Positions 50,701 through 62,700 of a stretch of DNA of 64,000 nucleotides are shown here, in pieces (position 1 is the stretch's first letter; every line of letters begins with the position of its first letter). Both the position numbers and the translations under genes were made by a program. The DNA lies in NCBI GenBank assembly GCA_965235115.1, contig OZ249436.1:20090001-20154000 (forward strand), read 5' to 3'. The stretch comes from Laetmonice hystrix (Eukaryota). Below the pieces are notes generated by a model that saw nothing but the letters and a program-made list of their open reading frames with translations, was not told where the DNA came from and did not search any database.

Positions 50701-50744
50701 AGTTCAACCAGACGAAGAGTAAGAAGAAGGGAAAGAAGAAATAA
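41784..50744 (+). CDS. DDX31: DEAD-box RNA helicase DDX31/Dbp7 (about 711 aa), 15 exons: 41784-41873, 43091-43296, 43706-43781, 44270-44384, 44606-44757, 45091-45275, 45528-45637, 46213-46481, 46774-46947, 47156-47215, 47441-47631, 48398-48479, 48715-48817, 49124-49304, 50603-50744
   Basis: All introns are GT-AG and phases are consistent (2136 nt). Q motif ([10 protein letters not shown]), [50 protein letters not shown]31/Dbp7 signatures [18 protein letters not shown] and [19 protein letters not shown]; Lys-rich C-terminus. Confidence 0.95.
41955..42115. repeat. (TAG/GTA)n low-complexity tract in DDX31 intron 1
   Basis: Runs of gtagtagta and tatagta. Confidence 0.75.
43456..43658. repeat. 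50-bp minisatellite, 4 copies, DDX31 intron 2
   Basis: gtttttgtttgatgggttaaccctaactccactgtattgtaagataagat; period 50. Confidence 0.93.
43810..43989. mobile_element. Tc1/mariner (pogo/Tigger)-like MITE, DDX31 intron 3
   Basis: TA|cagtcagaccttgttaa...taaacgaggtctgactc|TA. Confidence 0.7.
45760..46093. mobile_element. CAGG-ended MITE with 6-bp TSD, DDX31 intron 7
   Basis: TIR caggcctgtgat...atcacaaccctg (10/12 match), flanked by ttaatt on both sides. Confidence 0.7.
47683..48397. repeat. Composite minisatellite (8 units of about 72-100 bp) filling DDX31 intron 11
   Basis: ctgggagtgatgaaggctaggggtga..catga.gttaatcaggttcatgtac..ttctaacta recurs 8 times in long and short forms. Confidence 0.93.
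49315..49417. repeat. 51-bp tandem duplication, DDX31 intron 14
   Basis: cttaaaaacgggtcctcccttag(g/a)gtcatgtgctacaagtcaaacccatca occurs twice. Confidence 0.9.
49733..50428. mobile_element. Non-autonomous foldback DNA transposon, IS3EU-like (696 bp), with inverted 21-bp internal arrays
   Basis: 25-bp perfect TIR tacgaagctgtattagggccatggc...gccatggccctaatacagcttcgta; TAC...GTA termini; perfect 6-bp TSD ggttac (49727-49732 and 50429-50434); about 18 forward and 9 reverse copies of taacccgtacgtacgacttag. Confidence 0.9.
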
Positions 50745-53700
50745 CTACAAAAGTTTACAATAACTGAATGATACGTCATAAGAAAACATATTGGCAATGT
50801 TCTACTGGCGCTGAATGCAGATATACCATATGCATTAACCAGTGCCTCAATGTACTGTTCAAAGCAACGAGCTTCTAAAACACATGTACATTAAATAATT
50901 ACTGGTAACTGAGTAGTCCTTGTTATTGTATTTAAGTCAACTGTGCTGGGGGGGGGGGGGAGTGCTCAGCAGAAATTTAGAATAAAAAGTAAATTCATGA
51001 TGCCTGCTGTGGTCCAGTAACATTGGAAAAAGGAAGCCCTTGTTGTTTCCACATGAAAGGATTTTCTAAAACATCAGCATACCCCCGGGGCTTTGGGAAG
51101 TGTGTACGATTACAGTGACTGATGAATAATAACATTATTTATGAATGATTTACAAACCATTGTATCATCATAGCTTGTTCTTGCCCATATCGATTTGGAT
51201 GGTCACTTCACTTGAATACGCGGACAGTTTGCCCATCTCTCAATTCCTAATTTGTGCATACCATTACGACTTAACTCATACCATTGAAATGGGGCCAGTA
51301 AAGGCCCTAATGTCAGTGCATTTTTTTTCTTTCGTGAATTTTTCTGATACATGTATTTGTGTTTTGGAATATCTATGGAAGGTTTTAGTGAAGTTATTAT
51401 AGGAAGCACTTGTGTAGGAGCTTTTCTTTACTGGGTATTAGCTGAAGGTAGGGGTGGACGAAAAGTACCGGTATTCCTCATTGTATTTGCATGCGACGTC
51501 ATTCCTTGATGGGAGAGCCTTTCAAGTTTTACATGACGAATCAGTCCTAACAAGGGGATGCTCTGATTGAGCTAAAGATGCGGACAGTCAACTTACCGGT
51601 AATATAACAATGAAACGAGAATACTAATGACAAGTTTTAATCACTTTGTAAAGCCTGTGTCCTTCATACAGCGCTTTGTTTACTGTCTGCACACATCCGC
51701 CACTGTCGCTCTGGGCCACCGTAGGTTTTGGGTGACATTCTCTCATCCACTGGTACAGACACAAAGGGTTGACTTGTGCAAACTGGTACGGGGGTATTTG
51801 TGAAGTGTGCAACGAGCAACACCCCATCACCCACATACAAGTTCAGTTCATGTTTTTGCATGTACCGGGTACATTTTCAGAAATCAAGAACAATCTCTTT
51901 AAATTTAAGTCACCGGCTGACGGTACAAAAATTCAAAGCAATTCAGGCTTGAAAAAACCAAGATATAGATTCTCGTATTAACAAACACAAATTGCACAAT
52001 TTTACCAAATTTTGTTGCATGTCAGATGCAACCTACTCGTTCCGATACCAGCACATACCATTTTTAGAATATCCATCCCATGGCTGTACATTTACTAAAG
52101 ATTTTCCTGACACGAAACTGCAGTAGGATGAAGGCAACAATACTGTGCATATTTTTACCAATAAAATGCTGCCTTGGCCTAATAACTTGGGGATTGGTTT
52201 CTCCACAGAAATAACACTGGATAATCACCAGGAACAGCAGGTGTATTTATCATCGTGACATCCAATGAACACTGTCCTAAAAAGCACCACGTCACGTGTG
52301 TTGTATGTTTCAGATATCCTTTAGTTACCTGCATACAGTCTGTAGTGGCTGGGCCCGAGATAAGTCCTTGGTAGTGATTTTTACATACTTTCTGAACAAG
52401 ACAAGAACATCAACAGTCGGTATTAATACACAGATTATTTGTGATAATTTACACTAGAAATGTGCCATGGACGCTTCTTATTTCCTGTTTAAATGATTTG
52501 ATAAAAAATTTGAAATACAATTGGAATTTGTCAGTGACCAGAGAATATCGGAGAGGATAACAACACATCATACGTCTCTGACTCCCCCAAAGTGATCAAA
52601 CAGTATACCTGCATCAAGCAGAACGAAGGAAGCACACGAAAGAACATTTTACAACTGTACGCACAACCCTTATGTGGCCCCTCTGTCTTTCCTCACAATG
52701 AAGAAAAAATAACATCCTATCTCGAGTGGACATGGTTTAGCATGTTGATATCTAAATCAGGGCTCGATATCCATGAACTCGGCACCGGTTACCTTCTCAT
52801 CAATGTCTGTGTACATAAACATTTACATCGCACACAATGCGGTATTACATACACATGTTCCTGGCCAGTTGTTCTCATTAACACCACCAGAGGGCACTAA
52901 ACTATACGTCACTCCTATATACACTGTACACGGTTCTTGCTGCCAATGGTGTCACGTGATGTTCCGAGATTAATGCAGCCTTTATCAGACAAAATGTGAT
53001 GCAGCACTTGGCACTCTTTTCATTCAGATAAGCGTTGGCCAGCGGACATCCTGCTCAAGTGATACCATAGTGGAGCCACAACACCATCAACATGATGGTC
53101 ATGCCGGCCGTCTTGAGACCGGCCTGTCGACCTTGTCAGAACATAAAACGATTCCCAAGAATCCCAGCTTCTTGAACTGGTTTGAGCTGCCTTCAGTCAA
53201 CATAAAACAGACACTCGATGGAACACGTTGGTAGAGACGCTGATGGCATCCCCTGGTCCACCTGGTGGTGCCCCCACTGGCCAGGACTGGGGCTTCTCAA
53301 ACACAGACCTCATTCACACGTTCACATGCTTCCACTGCAACATTTCTCTTACACCAACCGTACACCACTCGTAAACACTACTCAACACTTCTCAAATCTG
53401 TCGGAATATTAATATTCTTCATGTGAACCAGTTAGAAATACTTTGCAGTTCTAGCATGTGTCTGACAGTGAAATGAAAATACAATGTACACCCAATGTGT
53501 ATGTACAACTGCTGTGACTGAGTGCATGCAGGGCTGTTATTATAACTTGAGAATAGAGAATCAAAACTACTAGCCTCACATGCTCTGGTCACCTTGGCCC
53601 TGATGAATCATCGGTAACATTAAATGAATTGAAATTAATAGCCAGGACATGCGCCATCAGTTCAAAAAGACAGGCATCCCCACTGCAACGACTAAGAGTA

Positions 53701-53760
53701 AGAGTACATGATACGTGGTCCACGTGATACCATCTTTATATCACCCAAAAAGTCACCAAC

Positions 53761-56700
53761 TCAGTATCTCGGATAGTATGGCCGCCGATCATGGATGGGT
53801 GGTGGCAGACGTTTCGGGGGTGACCTTCCGTACCCATCTCTATAATACGGGTCCCTTGGCCGATCATAACTGTACCTGTCACCGTACCGGTCGTGCTCCC
53901 TTTCTCGACGATAAGGTTCGGCGTACGGATCATGCCGGTCATAACTATATGGCATTGGCTCAAATCCCCTCCTTTCGACGGTAGATTCGATCCTGCTGAC
54001 ACGCGTAGCTACCGATTGTATCCGCTGGGTTGGTCTTTCTCTTTCTTCTCGACTTTCCATGTCCGATCTTGTTGTCGTTGTACTAATGGCACTAACTGGG
54101 GTAGCCTCACAATTGCTTGTGGCGATAGCAGCTTGGGTTTGATCTGCTGAAGGTGACTTGGGATGGCCAACGTCACTTGCAGAGTTCTTACTGGCCTCGC
54201 CATCTGTTTCATTTGTCTTTATCTCGGTCAAGTTCCGCAGGTGTTGATTTGTTTCTGGGTTTGCTTTCTGAAGACTAGGGCCGGGAGGAGCACTTGTTGG
54301 GGAAGTTAGACTGGACTTTCGTTTAAGTTTCTCTATAAATTCCTGTTGGTCATCAGCCACTGAGTGGCCAGTACCACTTGGAGGGGTTGTACTGGTTGGG
54401 GTAGGGGGGTTGGAGGGTGGGCGTGGGGCCCTGCTACTAGCTGTGGCTAGCGGCGGGAAGCTAGGCCTCGCTGGCCTCCCTCCAGCAGAACCTATAGTTG
54501 GTATAGAAGCCGAAGAGGTGGGACTCTCTAGTTTCATGTCCTCCTCGTCATCTATCACCGGTATTTCTGTCAGGTTGGACGAGTTGGAGCGAACATTACG
54601 TAGAATCCCTTTGGCTGGTCTCCCAGGTGGCGACTGGAGTGCCGGCTGCTGCTGCTGCTGCTGTGGATGCTGCTGGTGATGGTGTGGTGGTTGTTGGGGT
54701 GGAGGGTGGTGTTGGGGGTGATGTTGCTGGGGATGATGTTGGGGGTGTGGGTTCTGGTGGGGGCTGGGCATGTAGTTAGGCGGCATTCCTTGAGGAGGCA
54801 TGATGGGACCGCCACTGACAGGGGGAGGTGTGGGGGTGACTGGTGGCTGGCCTGGGGGAGGTACCATCTGAGGCATTGGTAGGTGAGGCGGCGGTGGCTG
54901 CTGCCATCCGCTGATTGGGGGCGGAACTGGCACGGCCATGGGGTGATGTCCTGGGGCGGGCACGGGTTGTGGTGGCATCTGGGGTGGTGGCACAGGTTGG
55001 GGTGTGAGGGCGTGTAACGATGGGGGGAAAGGTGGAGGTGCCATCATGGGCGGCGGAGGCTGCTGGTAAGGCTGCTGTGGTGGCGGCATGTGCTGCTGGA
55101 CTGGGGCAGGTGGTGGTTGTTGCTGTGGGGGTGGTGGTGGTTGTTGTGGAGGAGGGGGTTGTTGTTGTTGTGTTGGGGGCGGGTTCTGAGCAGCCTTCCA
55201 TGCTGCCCACGAGGTCGGCTGATCTCCCTGTCCGGGAGAATCTTCAGCCTTGTCGTCGGGCGTGTCACAGTCTCCGTCATACTGAGGCTTGACGTTCCTA
55301 GTTAACACAGACAAACTCTGTAGAAAGTTGGAGTTGCCTTGGGTAGCCTTCTGAGTCTGTGAAATGAGCTGGGTGAGAAACTCTATAGGATTAGCAACCT
55401 CATCCTCTGGCTCTTCGTCCTGAACGGGAGTGCCACCACGCTCGTCCTTGACGGGTGTTCCGTCTCCTTCATCACCATGCTCGGCCGCCGTGAACAAGTC
55501 CAGTGGGTTTCCTGCCATGGACGTCTGATTGACCACAGCTATCGGCTTCCCTCCTTCATGGTCATTACTCCTTGTCTTGCTCTTTTGTTTTTTGTAGCTG
55601 TTTGGTGTCCACGTATCAGCAGGCCTGTCTTCATGGTCGTCCTTTAGATCCTTCAAAAATGTTGACTTCGGGCCAATTTTCAAACCAGGAATCAACGCAC
55701 TGAAATCAGCTTCAGACTCTGGCAGTTTTCTCTTCTTGTTTGAGCTCTCTGAAAACATAAACATCAACACTAAATTCATTTCAAGGTAATAGATCCAAGA
55801 CGTTTGAAACGACACTTTCAGTAATACGCCAACTAGATAGCCACACGGGAGTACTTACAAGAAATTATTCAAGCACGCATAAATTTAATTACACTACTAA
55901 ACATTGTTGTAGGAAGCTTTTGCCACTAACCCTACAGTTTGCCATTTAATTCTTCCCACTTTACACTCAGAATCTCTAAAAGCCGAGGATCACTTAGTTT
56001 ATTAGATATCTGTCATGAAACCTTTATTTACTTTTCTTTCCCGGAGACATACTGTCAGGGGTGCGGCGAGGTGATAGGGGTGATCCAGACGTCTTTTTCG
56101 AATCCTCACTCCCAACAACATACTTCTTGTTGTCTGAAAAACAATTATGTTTTTGTACCACAGACTTTATTATACCAAATGAAATGACCTTACCTGCAAC
56201 ATTTGGTTTCTCATAAAGAAATTAAGCTTTTCTCATGAGGATATAATGCTGGGTTCAACTCTATTAAACTAGCAAACAACTTTTTGCTTCAACAAGGTTG
56301 AAGTGTTTAAACATTTCTCATTTCAATGACTTCAAAATGCAGACATGGGCTTAGGTAAGATAAGGCCTTAGACTACATTTATTAAAAGAAATGAATCTAT
56401 ACTGGTACCCACAGAAATGGAGAAATCTAATGAAATTCAACATTCTAATTGCTTGTTGTCACCATGAAGCTAACGTCTCGTGGCTGCTTGTTGACCTGGC
56501 ATTGACTTGAACAGCTAATGAAATTCATCGGTTCATCACCCGATGATTTTCATTGGACAGCCAATGAAATTCATCATACGATAAACCGATGAATTTTGGA
56601 GTCATTGAAATGAGAGATACTCAGTGATTGCTTTAAGATCGTCTTGTCAAGCATACATTTTGTAATCTCTAAGACAGGGAGGCTTTCTGGTCTTCTGGTT

Positions 56701-59700
56701 CATTTCTTAGAATGGCAAAGTGACCTTGTAGCCAATGGTAGAGGTTGTGAGCCTGGAAATATCCTCTAACATCGTTGACAACTGACAACAGTACTGTTGG
56801 GTGAACGCTAACAGGTGCCCTGGTGTCATATAAGTGAATCTTCTGGTTTTAAATCAGGCACTATTAGGTACTTTCAATACTAATACAAGTACCAGTGGTA
56901 TGACACAACTAGTAATAATAAAAAATATAACTTTCAAATTATGATGTGAACGCTATCTCAAGTCCTCATTTCCCTGTATATTAAAACTCTAATACAGAGA
57001 GCTATGGGGTACTGGTGTGGGGGATGTACCTCAAAGTGAGCCTCTAGATTTTCTGACTTTTTTCTTAAATGTCTTTCACAACCTCTTGCAGTATTTCCTG
57101 CTCGAGGCCTCACAGTGACATTTTATCTCCATCAGGTGCTGTGCTGAACGTGCAAGAGTTGTGAATATAAACTAGCTACAAGATACCAAAGTGTGCTGAG
57201 GAATAGTGAGCCCTGTTTTGGAGCGCCTACCAGTAAGCTTGCTACCGTAAAATCTCTGATTGAAGTCGCACCTTTAATAGAAGTCGCACCCCCGTTTTTG
57301 GAATCTGTACTTTTCCCCCATCGATTTAGTTAAAATCTCTAGTAGAAGTCGCAGGTAGACTTTTAACATTTGACCCAAATGGACGGTCTGTTAATTTGTT
57401 AATAAAATATATTTGTCCAGGGGCTGAAAGTACTGCTAATGTTAATAAAATATTTATCCGACGAGTTATTTACCATGACCCAATCCCTATTTTAATGATC
57501 AGTATAGCTTAAGCAAAGTCCATAATTCATAAGACTCGACACCAGTGGGAGGGAAGCACGTGGTCTCTGTAGTGGTGCCACCTGGTGGTTTCTAAGATAG
57601 CTCAGCCAAAATCTCTAACAGAAGTCGCACCCCTACTTTTGGCCTTCTCTTCAGAGTATTTCCAAACTGAATCTCTAATAAAAGTCGCGACCTCTATTAG
57701 AGATTTTACGGTACTTTCATTATTTTGAGACTTGAAGCTATACACTGCACTCTGGTTACCCACTAAAAGACTTGGGTAAACCACGTATATTCTGGTACAT
57801 TACCTTTCACACTAAAGTTGCCTTGCCAAGACAAAACTTATGGAACCACTGATTTGACTTAAGATATATTGACAAGTGAACAAATTTCAACTGCACACAC
57901 ACTTCATACACACTGCTCTCAGACCCAATTCCCAGACCCTTGGTCTCCTTTCTGTTGAGTTTTACTCCATAGTTTGAAAATATTACGATACAGTTACTTT
58001 GACAGTATAAGATTATAATATCTGGAACCCACTACAGAGCACCGAGTTTAACTTTATTTCCTTGCTGTGTCCTGATCTAGTAGTTCAAACTTCCTGCGAG
58101 AATATAACAATTTTGACTGCTGCTAATGGACTCCATAGGCAAATTAAAAGTCTCGAGTAAAATTTCTGGGCAAGCCAAGCACACACTCCTGCTCAAACTT
58201 AAACTCTGTATTAGAAATGGGACATATCTTAAAGTTTGTCTTGTGCCTTGTGCAGAACGATAACAAAAACATGTGTATAATATAACCCACTTTTTCCTAT
58301 TTTCTATACTTTTGACAACTTGCGTCCTGATTTCATGTTTTGGAATACTGTGTACAATGTATGCATTGTTGCTGCTGTCTCTATGTTTCATAAATTTGGA
58401 AAGGCCTCTGTTCAAAAGAGAATCCATACATTTTGGAATACAAAGCTGGGAAGGGTAGATACAGTTGCGCCATGCATGACTGTGAGAAGCATCGACTGGA
58501 TTTAGCCACTTAAAATGGAGCTATGATTATTGGCAATGTTACTTTGCCGGTATCAAAGCAAGGCAGACATTATCATGCTGAAAACCTCAAATCGTTTTCC
58601 TGCAGGAAAACTGGCTGAACTGTAATCAGTGTACTTGCAAACAGCATTCACTAAGTTTATGAAAAGGCTTACTGTGACGCATGTGGATCTGGGTGACACT
58701 CGCTATGGGTTCACGGTATGCCTTGGTGGTGGTGGTCGAGTCTCGACGGTCTCGTGACCCACCGCCACCGCTGCCATGCCCTGCCGCAGCACAATAATTT
58801 CATTGAAGGTGCACTTTTAACACCATAACTATCACGTACCAGAACAACTTTCACAGGTAGGCCAGAGTGTAATTTTGTTACATAATTTGAGTACTCACCC
58901 CTGCATACATCCACTATTAGTTTCTGGACATTGTTTTTTGTGTACACCAGGTTATTTTACTGTAATTTACCTGCAGTTGCTCCGTCTATCTTACGATAGA
59001 TACTTGAGATAAGCTTATTACAGAACAGGATACATTTTTTTCTGATGGCACTACGTGAGAAGCCACATTTGATTATGGTAAAATACTATGCTCTTTGGCC
59101 AATCCAGAATAAGATATTTTGGAAGTTAAACTTGTAACACCTGGTTGAAACATAATGCATGTTGAGACTATGGAAGGAATGACTATCCTGGATTATTTCA
59201 ATTTTAATGACTGGCCATGCAAAGCACCTCTATTAGGTAAAGCAAGTCCTCTACTCAGCTAATCTGTTTCAACTAAGCACTTCAAATTAAAGTAGCAAGA
59301 TGTCATTGAAGTGACAGTTGCAAACAGGAAATGTGAGATGGCTGGGTTGGAAGTTAAAAGAAGTTTGCACCTGATGCAGAGTCGCAGTCATACGTTAGAA
59401 TCCTGTGCATATTACCAGGGCATCAAGTGACTTTCAATGCAGTCTATAAATTCAATACAAAGTTATTAGGAGGGGTGTTAATCGAAAGTTTTCATTTGAT
59501 CTTTAGGTCAATAGCTGGCATTTATATATTCTCTTCATCCATCACCTTTCATTGGTATACATGTTGTACACTGAAAAAGTTTCATGTATACCAACCTATT
59601 TATGCCACTGAACTATGTGGCTGTTTGTTTACTGAATAAAAAAATAAATACTTTAAACACAACTTCCTATTCCTGGCAGCAGTACATAGGTTTAAGCCTC

Positions 59701-62700
59701 TATAGGCAGGATCGGATATTTTTCTGTCCTTGTGTCAAGGATGTTATCATTTAATAAAAATATATATGTTATGGATTAAAAAAATTAGTTTAATGTCACA
59801 AAAATTGTGATGCATTTCTGTCTCCAAGAATTTTGACCCTGCCTTCTAACTGTAAGATGTAAGAACAAAATTCCTTTATGATCCCTTCAAACAATGTATA
59901 AGGCTCATCACTTGGGCGGGGAGGGGGGGGGGCGAAACAAGAAGCTGATGAACCAAACATTACAAGTGGAAGTTTCCTACATAAAAATCATCAATACCAA
60001 CAGACCAACAAGGGACTACCCGTACATCAAAGGAAGATGGAAAGTTCAACTGGAAAATTATCTAAGGATACGGCATTAGTTCTGCAACTGTTGAGACAAG
60101 AACTTAGTAATTTTATTTACTGTTCAAAAGCCAATGATATAAACTGGTATCTATAGTGTAATTAAAACGTTTGGAAATTCACATCAACCCATTAATTGTG
60201 TGTGTAAAGCTGATTCGAACCCTAAATTAACGTCTTTTCTCCAATTCCCACTAACACATGTATTAACTACACAGTAGTCAGGATTTGTGTGTGTGAGATC
60301 ACATGTTACAGGGAGTCATGAACCTCATTAGTAACAATCAACCTGAAAACGGTTAAGATAAATGCAGGCTCACACCCTCACCTTCCCCTACTTTCCATGA
60401 CTGTATTTCTGAAATATCATGAATGTAAATCTGGAAATAATACACAGCTCCCACGGATCAGGACCCATAGAAATCAGGACTATTTGCCGACTTTTTCAGG
60501 ATTTTGAGTCTAATATCAAGTCCTCCCTCCACCCAACCCCCATCCCTTCACAGGTGAGGATCTAGCACTGCACAAAAGAGGGGCCCCTCAAGCGCTGAAG
60601 GCCCGCGTCGAACATGGAAGTCTTGCCCCAGAAATTTGTTAAATATAGATGGCAAAAAAAAAGAAAGAAAAAAAAGTGAATTGTTGCAAAACATTTAGGC
60701 ATAGCCTACCAATAGTTTTTGTTACTTCTTCGCAAAAGGGGCACCCCCTGCATTCCCCCATCTTGGATCTGCACCTACTCAACCCAAGGGCCCCTTGGCT
60801 TATCTGCGGACCTTCCTGTTATATAGGCTACACATGTGGTCAAGAGATTCAGCAATCTAACCCTTCTTTTTGAAAAAAAAGAAGGCATTTTTAACGGATA
60901 TTGGACCATTTTTAACCTGGAAGAGGCTGAAATATTTTCACAAAATATAGTCGGATATCTTTAAATTTGAAGAACTTCACAAACAAAAGTTGTGTTAGGC
61001 CCTGGAAGTCGGAAGTCCCTGGCTAGTTAAAGTAGCAGGTTTGGGCTGGCCAAGCCACAGGCTTTCGTTAATTTCAAGACTTTTGTGGTGAAATCAGGAC
61101 TTTTCAGGGTCGGGATCCTGACCTGACGGAGTACATACTGTTACTTGATCTTCACAGCAATGAAATAAACTCAATAGATTAATATCATGGATGACCCTAT
61201 CAAGCTAAGCTGCACAGGGTGCGCAGCAAATTTCACAAAAAAAATCAAGCACTTTTCAAGGACTTTTCAAGGCCATTTTCTCTAATTTCAAGGACATGCA
61301 CGTGGCAAAATCTGAGCTTGTATGGTCAATTAATAGGACTGTATTTGACTTTAGTCACTGCAGATATGTTTCTTGTTCATGCAATACTTTTTGTGCAAAA
61401 ATAAAATGATGGAGAATAGCCGACGGCAGTTGCGAGCAGTCAAATTCCCTAAGAATTTAAGACTATATGATGCCCCGATTTCGTTACTGCCTCCCTGCCA
61501 CCAAATTCAAGGATAAAATACAGGAATTCAAGCACTTTTCAAGGTTATTATTCAGTTTTCAAGACCCTGTCAAAATTCAAGTACTTTTCAAGCCAGGCCT
61601 GAAAATTCAAGCACTTTTCAAGTCGCTGCGCACCCTGTATGCAGCATTGTCTTTGTTTTCCAAAAATCCCTATTGAAATCTTGATGGCACAAGTCTGTTT
61701 GCATTCAAAGCTCCTGGATTGAGGCAATCTGGCTCAGTGGCCTGGTTTTTGTACATCGGCCACCCGACACCTTCTCCGAAGAGTCACAACTAAGATGGCC
61801 TTCATGACTCAAAGAGCAAGATCTCCATTTTCCACTCCTGTATGGTACTTTTCATTGTCAGTTAAAACCATCAACGAATCCAAACAAGTCACCATTTAAG
61901 GGAACATACCGGTATTCAGATTCACAGTGGAATGCAACAAACTATTTGCCATAAACAATACTATCTGTTCTAAGCTCAGACATTATATATGCTAATGCGC
62001 CCCAAATAGTTCTTGAAGCAACATATTCCAACCGAGAGCAGCTAAATCTGATAAAAAAAATGACCATATGACAGTAATCTCCGAGAACTGACATTTAACT
62101 TGAAACATCTCAAATCTTCTGCTCACAACTCAAGGCCTGATTCATGAGACCAAACATGAAAAAATCATCAGGCAATGTGACAATATGCAGGGATCTCGCC
62201 AGGATTTCAAAATCATTAGCCACTGTGGCTAACTGAACAGAGTTTTGATTAGCCACATTTAGGACCCATTAGCCACAAAAGTCATTTGGTAAAAAGGTGT
62301 ATTTCCCCATGTTCATTGTGTAACAAAACCAGTCTTAGTCATGACTTAACACAGGGTCCCCAGTAATAGTGGGACCTCCCACATTTTAAATATTTTGTCA
62401 CATATTTTAAAAACACATTTTTGAGACAACCCCCTTCAGTGGCGGATCCAGCAGGGGCGGCTTTGCCCCCCCCCCCAACTGACTCCAGGGTTATCATTTT
62501 GCAGTGTGTCCACAGCTCACCTGGCTAAGAGGTTTTGTACATACATCAAGCCCCCCCCCCCCTCAGTTGCAAGATCCTGGATGTAGCCCCCCCCCCCACC
62601 ATTTGAAAAATCCTGGATCCGCCCCTGCCTTTTGGGAGATGGTTACAGCAGCACTCTTCCGCAGGCCTACTGACCACAGATGGACAACTGGCTTGTACCA

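Noticed and set aside
53715..55305. Plus-strand ORFs overlapping the RPRD2 last exon
   Set aside because: Antisense shadows of a GC-rich low-complexity coding exon.
57030..57145. Possible extra RPRD2 exon between AG and GT on the minus strand
   Set aside because: Both candidate acceptors give in-frame stops and there is no independent support for a poison exon.
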